Source of the DNA: Longivirga aurantiaca
GTDB lineage: Bacteria; Actinomycetota; Actinomycetes; S36-B12; CAIYMF01
DNA: 32,000 bases
NCBI RefSeq assembly: GCF_042660085.1
Contig: NZ_JBHSTI010000051.1
Location: 1-32,000, forward strand
Direction of reading: 5' to 3'
The first letter of the stretch is position 1, and each line of letters begins with the position of its first letter. The translations under genes and the position numbers were made by a program. A model generated the notes under the pieces. That model was not told the DNA's origin, searched no databases, and was given only the letters and a program-made list of their open reading frames with translations. Shown piece after piece: positions 15,139 to 23,002 of the stretch.

Positions 15139-18100
15139 CAGTACTGCACCTCCTGCGACCGGCGACGGATAGTCGTCACCTCGTCGCGCTGGTTGCCGGT
15201 GGGGCCGTAGTAGTTGAAGCCGTACGACAGCTGCGCGTAGCCGCCGATGAGGTGGGTCGGCTTGAGCAGCAGCCGCGTGAGCGAGTTGTGGATGCCGCCG
15301 CGCTTCCCGGTCTTCTCGACCCGGGGGACGCCGACCGTGCGGTCCTTCGCGTGGTACATGTAGACAGTGCCCTCGGGCATGCGGTGGCTGACGACGGCGC
15401 GCGCGACGACGATGCCGTTGCGGTTGTGCGCCTCGATCCAGTCGTTGTCGCGCACGCCGATCTTCTCGGCGTCCTCGCGGCTCATCCAGATGTCGGGACC
15501 TCCGCGCGAGAGTGCCAGCATGAAGAGGTTGTCCTGGTACTCGGAGTGGATCGACCACTTCGAGTGCGGGGTCAGGTAGCGGACGACGACCTGCTGCTCG
15601 TCGTGGTCGCCGATCGTCGGGTAGCCCGCGATGGCCGCGAGGTTGAGCGGCGGCCGGTACGTGGGGAAGCACTCGCCGACCTCGGCCATCCAGTCGTGGT
15701 CGAGGAAGAAGTGCTGACGCCCCGTCAGCGTGTGCCACGGCTTCTTGCGCTCGACGTTGATGGTGAACGGAGAGTACCGGCGCCCTCCGTGCTCGCTACC
15801 CGACCACTCCCACGAGGTGATGACGGGCTGGGGCCGGCTCTGGGTGTCGGCGAACGTGATGTGCTTGCCCTCGTTGTCGCGCGCGAGGTCGGCGAGCACC
15901 TGTCCGGTGCGCTTCTCGAGGAACTCGAAGCCGGCCACGGCGACCGCGCCGTTGCTGACGCCGGAGAGGGTGAGGATCGCCTCGCACACCTGCTCGGCCG
16001 TCTCGATCCGGGGGCGTCCGTCGGCCACGCCGCCCACGACCGTGCCGTTGACCTTCTTCAGGTGCTCCACGGACTTCGGCTGCCTGAGCGTGATTCCCTT
16101 GACCACCGTGCCGATGCTCTCGACGTTGGGCCCGAGGGCGCCCATCTTCGCGGCGATGGCCGAGTAGTCGCGCTCGACGACCACGAGGTTGGGCATGGTG
16201 CGGCCGGGGACCGGCTCGCACTCGCCGGCGCGCCAGTCGAGCACGCGGCCGCCGGGCTGGGAGATCTCGCTGGGGGTGTCGTGCTGCTGCGGCAGCGCGA
16301 CGACGTCCTTGACGACACCGAGCCGTGGCCCGGCGAGCTCGGTGAACACCGCCGCCATCTTCTGGAAGACGTCGTGGTCGCTGCGGCACTGCCACGGTGG
16401 CGAGATCGCCGCGTTGAACGCGTGGATGAACGGGTGCATGTCGGTCGAGGAGATGTCGTACTTCTCGTACCAGGTCGCGGCCGGGAGCAGCACGTCGCTG
16501 AACAGCCCGGTGCTCGTCATGCGGAAGTCGAGCGACACCAGGAGGTCGAGCTTCCCGGTGGGCGCCTCGTCCCGCCAGGCCACCGTCTTCGGCCGCTTGC
16601 CCTCGGGCGTCTGGCCGCCGTCGATGGCGCCGTCCGCACCGAGCAGGTGGTGCAGGAAGTACTCGTTGCCCTTCCCGCTCGAGCCGAGCAGGTTCGCGCG
16701 CCAGACCGTGAGCACTCGAGGGAAGTTCTCGGGCGCGTCCGGGTCCTCGACCGAGAACTTGAGACGGTCGGCCTTCAGCTCCTGCACCACGTAGTCGGGA
16801 GCGGACATGCCTGCGGCCTCCGCGTCGGCAGCGAGCGTGATCGGGTTGCGGTCGAACGTGGGGTACGACGGCGTCCAGCCCATGCGGACCGCCTGGGCCA
16901 GCGTGTCGGCCATGGCCTGGCCGGTGAACCGACCGGTCCCGAGCGGGGTCGCGACCTCGTCGGCGCCGAACGCGTCGTACCGCCACTGGTCGGTGTGGAG
17001 GTACCAGAACGATGTGCCGGCCATCTGGCGCGGCGGGCGCGACCAGTCGGCGCCGAAGGCGAGCTGCGCCCAGCCGGTGAACGGCCGGGCCTTCTCCTGA
17101 CCCACGTAGTGGGCCCAGCCTCCGCCGTTCTTGCCCTGGCAGCCGGTGAGCAGCACCAGGCTGATGATCGCGCGGTAGATCGTGTCGGAGTGGTACCAGT
17201 GGTTGGTGCCGGCACCGAGCGTGATCATCGAGCGACCGCCGGAGTCCTCGGCGTTCTGCGCGAACTCGCGGGCGATGCGCTCGACGGTCGCCGCCGGGAC
17301 GGAGGTGATCTCCTCCTGCCAGGCCGGCGTGTACGGCGCATCCGCGTCGTCGTACCCGGCGCCCCACGTGCCGGGCAGGCCGTCGCGGGCCACGCCGTAC
17401 TGCGCGAGCAGGAGGTCGTAGACCGTGGTCACGAGCCGGTCGCCCATGCGGCGCACGGGCACACCTCGCCGGATGACGCTGCCGCGCTCGGTGCCGTTCT
17501 CTCCGGCGTCGAACCGAGGAAGGTCGACGGTCACAGTCTCGGCGCCGTCCGCGTGCATGGTGAGCAGCGGGTCGACGTCGCCGAGGTCGAGGTTCCAGTG
17601 GCCCATCCCGGACTCGTTGTGGCGGAAGCCGATCGAGCCGTCGGGCACGACCGTCTCGCCGGTCGCGGCATCGATGAGAACCGGCTTCCACTCGGCCGCC
17701 TCGACATCCTGGCCGAGGTCTGCGGCGTTGACGAAGCGGTCGGGGACGAACGACTCGCCGTGCGCGCGGAGCGAGACGAGGAAGGGCAGGTCGGTGTAGC
17801 GCTTGGAGTAGTCGACGAACATCGGCACCTGCCGCTGCACGTAGAACTCGCGCAGGATCACGTGGCCCATCGCCATGGCGAGCGCACCGTCGGTGCCCGG
17901 GTGCGCGGGCAGCCACTCGTCGGCGAACTTGGTGTTGTCGGCGTAGTCGGGGCTGACCGTCACGACCTTCTGGCCCTTGTAGCGGGCCTCGGTCATGAAG
18001 TGCGCGTCCGGGGTACGAGTCGTAGGGATGTTGGAGCCCCACATGATCAGGTAGCTCGCGTTCCACCAGTCGGCCGACTCGGGGACGTCGGTCTGATCGC

Positions 18101-18833
18101 CCCAGATCTGCGGCGACGCGATCGGCAGGTCGCAGTACCAGTCGTAGAACGACAGCATCGTGCCGCCGATGAGCGAGGTGTAGCGGGCTCCGGCTGCGTG
18201 CGAGGCCATCGACATCGCGGGGATCGGCGAGAACCCGGCGACGCGGTCGGGACCCCAGCGGTCGATCGTGTGCACCTGGGCGGCGGCCACCATCTCGAGC
18301 GCCTCGTCCCAGGAGGCGCGGACGAGACCGCCCTTGCCGCGGGCGGACATGTAGGTGCGGCGCTTGGCGTCGTCGTCGACGATGCTCGCCCACGCCGCGA
18401 CGGGGTCGCCCCCGTGGGCGACCTTGGCTGCGCGGTACATCTCGAGGAGCACACCGCGGATGTACGGGTAGCGCACGCGCGTCGGCGAGTAGGTGTACCA
18501 GGAGAAGGCGGCACCACGGGGGCAGCCGCGGGGCTCGTACTCGGGGGAGTCGGCGCCGACGGACGGGTAGTCGGTCTGCTGCGTCTCCCACGTGATGATG
18601 CCGTCCTTGACGTACACCTTCCACGAGCACGAGCCCGTGCAGTTCACGCCATGGGTGGAGCGCACGACGCGGTCGTGCGACCAGCGGTCGCGGTAGAAGA
18701 CGTCGCCCTCGCGACCGCCGACGTAGTGCACCGCGCGGTGGTCGGGAGAGGTCTCGCTGCGGGTCAGGAACGAGCGGGCGCTGATGAGGGCGTCGACGAA
18801 GGGGTCGTCGATGCGCGTCGGGGTCTCGGTCAC
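15138..18833 (-). CDS. narG: Respiratory nitrate reductase alpha subunit (Mo-bisMGD)
   Basis: RSTHGVNCTGSCSWKVYVKDGIITWETQQTDYP (FS0 H/Cys motif). The product is ~1231 aa from the GTG at 18831-18833, 1 nt after the upstream regulator's TGA. The 1418-aa ORF extension overlaps the regulator and is rejected. Confidence 0.95.
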   Translation of the reverse strand: MTETPTRIDDPFVDALISARSFLTRSETSPDHRAVHYVGGREGDVFYRDRWSHDRVVRSTHGVNCTGSCSWKVYVKDGIITWETQQTDYPSVGADSPEYEPRGCPRGAAFSWYTYSPTRVRYPYIRGVLLEMYRAAKVAHGGDPVAAWASIVDDDAKRRTYMSARGKGGLVRASWDEALEMVAAAQVHTIDRWGPDRVAGFSPIPAMSMASHAAGARYTSLIGGTMLSFYDWYCDLPIASPQIWGDQTDVPESADWWNASYLIMWGSNIPTTRTPDAHFMTEARYKGQKVVTVSPDYADNTKFADEWLPAHPGTDGALAMAMGHVILREFYVQRQVPMFVDYSKRYTDLPFLVSLRAHGESFVPDRFVNAADLGQDVEAAEWKPVLIDAATGETVVPDGSIGFRHNESGMGHWNLDLGDVDPLLTMHADGAETVTVDLPRFDAGENGTERGSVIRRGVPVRRMGDRLVTTVYDLLLAQYGVARDGLPGTWGAGYDDADAPYTPAWQEEITSVPAATVERIAREFAQNAEDSGGRSMITLGAGTNHWYHSDTIYRAIISLVLLTGCQGKNGGGWAHYVGQEKARPFTGWAQLAFGADWSRPPRQMAGTSFWYLHTDQWRYDAFGADEVATPLGTGRFTGQAMADTLAQAVRMGWTPSYPTFDRNPITLAADAEAAGMSAPDYVVQELKADRLKFSVEDPDAPENFPRVLTVWRANLLGSSGKGNEYFLHHLLGADGAIDGGQTPEGKRPKTVAWRDEAPTGKLDLLVSLDFRMTSTGLFSDVLLPAATWYEKYDISSTDMHPFIHAFNAAISPPWQCRSDHDVFQKMAAVFTELAGPRLGVVKDVVALPQQHDTPSEISQPGGRVLDWRAGECEPVPGRTMPNLVVVERDYSAIAAKMGALGPNVESIGTVVKGITLRQPKSVEHLKKVNGTVVGGVADGRPRIETAEQVCEAILTLSGVSNGAVAVAGFEFLEKRTGQVLADLARDNEGKHITFADTQSRPQPVITSWEWSGSEHGGRRYSPFTINVERKKPWHTLTGRQHFFLDHDWMAEVGECFPTYRPPLNLAAIAGYPTIGDHDEQQVVVRYLTPHSKWSIHSEYQDNLFMLALSRGGPDIWMSREDAEKIGVRDNDWIEAHNRNGIVVARAVVSHRMPEGTVYMYHAKDRTVGVPRVEKTGKRGGIHNSLTRLLLKPTHLIGGYAQLSYGFNYYGPTGNQRDEVTTIRRRSQEVQY

Positions 18834-18834
18834 G

Positions 18835-19557
18835 TCACTGCTCCCAGGGCGTCGGGCTGTCGCCCGCGGTCTGCGGGGCCGGGGCCGGGCGCAGGTCGGG
18901 GCGGTTGAGGTGGGCGACGCAGAGGTCGTCCTTGATGAAGATGTCGAGGCGGCGCACGGTGACGCCCGACCCGAGCTCGTCGAAGAAGCCGTGCAGCATC
19001 TCGTGGTGCAGGCGGCAGATGGCGCGGTCCTGGCGGGCGAGGTCGGCGAAGGGGCAGGTCGAGAGGTAGAGGCGGTCGCCGAGCGGATCGGTCGTGGTCT
19101 CGAAGCCGAGCACCTCGAGGCCGTCGACGGCCATCTCGATGCTGGCCTCGGGGGTGATCGCCTCGGCGCCCGGCGCGACCTTCTCGCGCTGCGCCTTGGC
19201 CAGCCGGTGGCCGGCGGCCTCCCCCGGGGAGTGCGCGGTGTCGCCGGCGGCGGCCGCGAGCTCGGCGGCCAGCGCGCGGTAGGGGTCGGCCGGCTCGGCC
19301 GCCTCGGTGGCGCGATAGAGCAGCTTGGGCCGGCCGGGCCGGGTGCGGTTCTCCGGCACGACCTCGACCCGGCCCATCTCGACCAGCAGCGCAAGGTGCG
19401 AGCGGACGGTATTGGCGTGCTGCCCGGTGCCGGCGGTGATCTCGGCGACCGTCAGCGCCTGGCCCTTCTGGGCGAGCAGGTCCAGCACCCGGCGGCCGGT
19501 GGCCTCGGTCTCCCCCGCGCTCGGCTCGGGCCTCGCGAACCGGTCCTGCAGCGACAC
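18835..19557 (-). CDS. Winged-HTH (ArsR/HTH_20-like) regulator with a three-Cys C-terminal domain; ArnR-like candidate
   Basis: The N-terminal segment RRVLDLLAQKGQALTVAEITAGTGQHANTVRSHLALLVEMGRV is a wHTH. The only Cys residues are C168 (STCPF), C181 (AICRLHH) and C213 (DLCVAHL). The GTG start is preceded by gaggagggg. Confidence 0.7.
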   Translation of the reverse strand: MSLQDRFARPEPSAGETEATGRRVLDLLAQKGQALTVAEITAGTGQHANTVRSHLALLVEMGRVEVVPENRTRPGRPKLLYRATEAAEPADPYRALAAELAAAAGDTAHSPGEAAGHRLAKAQREKVAPGAEAITPEASIEMAVDGLEVLGFETTTDPLGDRLYLSTCPFADLARQDRAICRLHHEMLHGFFDELGSGVTVRRLDIFIKDDLCVAHLNRPDLRPAPAPQTAGDSPTPWEQ

Positions 19558-19753
19558 GACCCCTCCTCAAGAGGTTTTTTCCACCACGTCGTGATTTATC
19601 CCTGAGCCCGACCGTACGCCGTCCACTGACCTGGGCCAACAGGCACAGCATGTGGGCCATATCACTAGTAAAAAACAATTCTGAGGGTGGACATCCCGCC
19701 GGGTCCGAGGTCTAGCGTGACTCGTGATTGGTAAATAACACTTCGGAGGGGAC
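19558..19753. promoter_or_regulatory. Divergent control region for regulator-narGHJI (-) and narK genes (+)
   Basis: Strikingly AT-rich islands occur in a high-GC background: gaggttttttcc, gtgatttatcc, cactagtaaaaaacaattc, gattggtaaataacac. TCGTGATT is repeated at 19589-19596 and 19722-19729, with a degenerate inverted copy at 19660-19667. Confidence 0.55.
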
Positions 19754-21148
19754 ATGAGCATCACCGCGGCGGAGAGCTCGCCCGAGGTCCGTCAGCCGAG
19801 CGGCACGGCGATCAGCGAGGACGTGTCCCCGGGGCGCTACCGGGTCCTGACCACCTCGACCCTCGCCTTCACGCTGATGTTCGCGGTGTGGCTGCAGTTC
19901 GGGATCCTCGGCCTGTCGATCCAGAAGGAGTTCGGCCTCTCCGACACCGCCTTCTACTGGCTCACGGCGCTGCCGGTGCTCAACGGCGCGATCTGGCGGC
20001 TGTGGACCGGGATCCTGGCCGACCGCTGGGGCGGGCGCATCGTGATGACCGGCCTGCTCCTCGCCGCCGCCGTACCCACCTTCCTGCTCTCGGGCGTCCA
20101 GAGCGCACCGATGCTGTTCGTGCTCGCGTTCCTGATCGGCTTCGCCGGCAACTCGTTCAGCTCGGGCATCGCCTGGAACAGCGCGTGGTTCCCGCGCAGC
20201 CAGCAGGGCTTCGCCCTCGGGGTCTTCGGCGCCGGCAACGTCGGGGCCTCGGTCACCAAGCTCATCGGCCCGGCGATCATCGCCGGCACGGCCGGCTCGC
20301 TCTACCTCGGCGGTCGCGTCGAGGGCGGGTGGCGGCTCATCCCGGTGATCTACGCCGTCGCCCTCGTGATCATGGCCGCAGTGCTGTGGTTCGTGGCTCC
20401 GAGGCCGGACCACCGGCCCGGGGCGACCACCCCGATGCGCGAGCACCTGCAGCCGCTCAAGCGGATCCGGGTGTGGCGCTTCAGCCTCTACTACGTCGCT
20501 GTGTTCGGCGCGTACGTCGCGTTGTCGTCCGCCCTGCCGAAGTACTACGAGACCAACTACGGCGTGCCGCTGTGGCAGGCGGGGCTGCTCACCGCGCTGT
20601 TCATCTTCCCGGCGTCGCTGCTCCGGCCCGTGGGCGGCTGGCTCTCCGACAAGGTCGGCGCGCGCCGGATCATGTACTGGACGTTCGGCCTGATGCTGGT
20701 CTCGACAGGCGTCCTGATGATGCCGAGCGGCTACATCACCGTCGAGGTCTCGACGAGCGTGTCGCCCGACGGTACGGCCGAGATCCTCCCGTGGAGCCTC
20801 GGAATCGTGCCCTTCACCGCGTTCGTCGTGCTGCTCGGCTGCTCGATGGGCATCGGGAAGGCCGCCGTCTACAAGCACATCCCGGAGTACTTCCCGCACG
20901 AGGTCGGCTCGGTCGGCGGCGTGGTCGGGATGCTCGGCGCCCTCGGCGGCTTCGTCCTGCTCCCGATGTTCGGGTACGCCGTGCAGATCACGGGCCTTCC
21001 GACCGCGCTCTTCGGCGTGCTCTTCCTGCTGACGCTCGCCTGCGCCGTGTGGATGCACCTCACGGTCGTCCAGATGCTCCACGACAGCTCGCCCGAGCTG
21101 TCCGACCAGTTCGAGACCCCGGTGCAGATGCCGGAGTACACCCCGTGA
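19754..21148 (+). CDS. narK: MFS nitrate/nitrite transporter, NarK1/NasA-like
   Basis: A 12-TM MFS protein with GxxxDRxGGR-like ADRWGGR and GAGNVGAS nitrate-signature-like motifs. A ggagggg RBS lies upstream. Confidence 0.85.
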   Translation: MSITAAESSPEVRQPSGTAISEDVSPGRYRVLTTSTLAFTLMFAVWLQFGILGLSIQKEFGLSDTAFYWLTALPVLNGAIWRLWTGILADRWGGRIVMTGLLLAAAVPTFLLSGVQSAPMLFVLAFLIGFAGNSFSSGIAWNSAWFPRSQQGFALGVFGAGNVGASVTKLIGPAIIAGTAGSLYLGGRVEGGWRLIPVIYAVALVIMAAVLWFVAPRPDHRPGATTPMREHLQPLKRIRVWRFSLYYVAVFGAYVALSSALPKYYETNYGVPLWQAGLLTALFIFPASLLRPVGGWLSDKVGARRIMYWTFGLMLVSTGVLMMPSGYITVEVSTSVSPDGTAEILPWSLGIVPFTAFVVLLGCSMGIGKAAVYKHIPEYFPHEVGSVGGVVGMLGALGGFVLLPMFGYAVQITGLPTALFGVLFLLTLACAVWMHLTVVQMLHDSSPELSDQFETPVQMPEYTP

Positions 21149-21176
21149 CCCGGCCCATCTCCCTGAGGAGCACGAC

Positions 21177-22586
21177 ATGAGCAGCGCGACCGACGAACGC
21201 CGCACCGGCGGCGAGTGGCTGGCGGACTGGGACCCGGAGGACGCCCAGCACTGGGACAAGGCCCTGGCGTGGCGGACCCTCTCGATCACGACGGTCGGGC
21301 TCATGCTCGCCTTCTGCACCTGGTTCCTCGCGAGCGCGCTGGCGCCGGTGCTCGGCAACCTCGGCTTCACGATCACCAAGGACCAGCTCTACTGGCTCAC
21401 CGCCATGCCGGGTCTCGCCGGCGGCACGCTGCGCCTCATCTGGATGTGGCTGCCGCCGATCATGGGCACGCGCAAGCTCGTGTCGCTCACCACGCTCCTG
21501 CTCGTGATCCCGCTCATCGGCTGGGCCGTCGCCGTGCAGAACCCCAGCACGAGCTACAGCACGTTCATGATCCTGGCGTTCCTGTCCGGCATCGGCGGCG
21601 GCGCGTTCTCCGGCTTCATGCCGAGCACGTCGTACTTCTTCCCGCGGCGGCTGCAGGGCACGGCGCTCGGGCTCCAGGCGGGGCTCGGCAACTTCGGCGT
21701 CTCGGTCGTGCAGTTCGTGACGCCGTGGATCGTCGGCTTCAGCCTGCTCGGAGTGCTCGGTGCCGCGCAGACGTTCCACAACCCGGCGACCAACGTCAAC
21801 AAGGACGTCTGGTACCAGAACGCGGCGTACATCTACGTGCCGTTCGTCGTGATCGTCGCGATCCTCGCCTGGACGATGCTCAAGAGCGTGCCGGTGCGCG
21901 CCAACTTCCGCCAGCAGCTGGACATCTTCAAGAACGTCGACACCTGGTGGATGACCGCCCTCTACGTGATGACGTTCGGCACCTTCGCCGGCCTCTCGGC
22001 GCAGTTCGGCCTGCTCATCAAGAACCTGTACGGCGCAGGCAATCCCGACATCGTCGCGACCGCGGCCGACGGCTCGACCACGGTGCTGGTCGCCGGGTAC
22101 GCCGTACCTCTCGCCCTGACGTATGCGTTCATCGGCCCCCTCGTCGGTGCCGGTGCCCGCGTGCTGTTCAGCCCGCTCACCGACCGGTGGGGCGGCGCGC
22201 GCTGGACGCTCGTCTCGGGCATCGGCATCGCGGCCTCGATCGTCTACACGATGCAGTATGTGCAGCCCGATGTGGCTGCGGGTGCTGAGGCGTTGACGGC
22301 CCAGTTCCACAGCTTCCTGTTCGGCTTCATCGCGATCTTCTTCTTCACGGGAATCGGCAACGCCTCGACGTTCAAGCAGATGCCGATGATCTTCGAACGC
22401 CGTCAGGCTGGAGGCGTCATCGGATGGACATCGGCCATCGCGGCATACGGGCCCTTCCTGTTCGGTGTGGGCCTCGCGACGCTGTCGGTGTCGGGCTTCC
22501 TCACCGTGCTGCTCGTCTTCGTCCTCGCCTGCGTCGCGCTGACGTGGGTGCGTTACGCGCGCCCCGGCGCGCCGAAGCCCTCCTGA
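21177..22586 (+). CDS. narK: MFS nitrate/nitrite antiporter, E. coli NarK-like (NarK2 type)
   Basis: WDPEDAQHWDK..AWRTLSITTVGLMLAFCTWFL, FFPRRLQGTALGLQAGLGNFGVSVVQ and GIGNASTFKQMP closely follow my recollection of E. coli NarK motifs. Confidence 0.9.
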   Translation: MSSATDERRTGGEWLADWDPEDAQHWDKALAWRTLSITTVGLMLAFCTWFLASALAPVLGNLGFTITKDQLYWLTAMPGLAGGTLRLIWMWLPPIMGTRKLVSLTTLLLVIPLIGWAVAVQNPSTSYSTFMILAFLSGIGGGAFSGFMPSTSYFFPRRLQGTALGLQAGLGNFGVSVVQFVTPWIVGFSLLGVLGAAQTFHNPATNVNKDVWYQNAAYIYVPFVVIVAILAWTMLKSVPVRANFRQQLDIFKNVDTWWMTALYVMTFGTFAGLSAQFGLLIKNLYGAGNPDIVATAADGSTTVLVAGYAVPLALTYAFIGPLVGAGARVLFSPLTDRWGGARWTLVSGIGIAASIVYTMQYVQPDVAAGAEALTAQFHSFLFGFIAIFFFTGIGNASTFKQMPMIFERRQAGGVIGWTSAIAAYGPFLFGVGLATLSVSGFLTVLLVFVLACVALTWVRYARPGAPKPS

Positions 22587-22588
22587 CC

Positions 22589-22633
22589 GGGTGGGGGGAG
22601 CGGCAACCCCCTCACGGACCGCTCCCCCCACCC
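22589..22633 (+). terminator. Perfect 15-bp stem-loop between narK2 and the DUF2249-like gene (terminator, attenuator or processing/stability element)
   Basis: gggtggggggagcgg (22589-22603) and ccgctccccccaccc (22619-22633) are exact complements with a 15-nt loop. It starts 3 nt after the narK2 stop and has no U-tract. Confidence 0.5.
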
Positions 22634-22680
22634 TTCGATCCCGACGACCCACGTGAGACCCCGACGACCGGAGGATGACG

Positions 22681-22995
22681 ATGACCGAGGACCTGCCCGA
22701 TCCGACGACCTCGCCGACGGCCTCGAGCGGCTGCGGCTGCGGCACCTGCGGGTGCGGCGCGGCGAGCGAAGCGCCTGTGCTCGACGTGCGGACGATCCCG
22801 CGCGAGGTGCGGCATGCGGCAGTGATCGGTGCCGTCGGAGCCGTCCCCGTCGACGGCTCGATCGTCCTGCTGGCTCCGCACGACCCGCTGCCGTTGCTGC
22901 GCGAGCTCGACACCCTCTGGCCTGGGGTGCTGACGGTCGCATACGACGAGTCCGGACCGGAGACATGGGCGGTCCGCCTGCTTCGGACACGCTGA
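22681..22995 (+). CDS. DUF2249-like small protein with an N-terminal four-Cys Cys/Gly-rich tail (paralog B)
   Basis: The tail is SSGCGCGTCGCGAAS. The body is APVLDVRTIPREVRHAAV...LLAPHDPLPLL...VAYDESGPETWAVRLLR. The second ATG is chosen because GGAGG lies 6 nt upstream; the ORF opens at 22675. Confidence 0.7.
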   Translation: MTEDLPDPTTSPTASSGCGCGTCGCGAASEAPVLDVRTIPREVRHAAVIGAVGAVPVDGSIVLLAPHDPLPLLRELDTLWPGVLTVAYDESGPETWAVRLLRTR

Positions 22996-23002
22996 CACGA
23001 CG

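Noticed and set aside
18834-19394. N-terminal extension of the narG ORF to 1418 aa, and similarly of narH to 724 aa (15139-15738).
   Set aside because: The extensions overlap the upstream genes in another frame and are Pro/Arg/Ala-rich junk. The conserved NarG and NarH N-termini begin at the coupled GTG and ATG starts chosen here.
19587-19745. Canonical CRP/GlxR (TGTGA-N6-TCACA) or FNR (TTGAT-N4-ATCAA) boxes in the nar/narK spacer.
   Set aside because: GTGA-containing sequences are present, but the partner half-sites and spacing do not fit (for example cGTGAtttatcCCTGA and cGTGAttggtaaaTAACA).
22587-22680. A Moco riboswitch upstream of the DUF2249-moeA unit.
   Set aside because: The spacer is only 94 nt and consists of one simple hairpin. 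I could not see the multi-stem architecture expected of the Moco RNA motif. A covariance-model scan is needed to exclude it formally.
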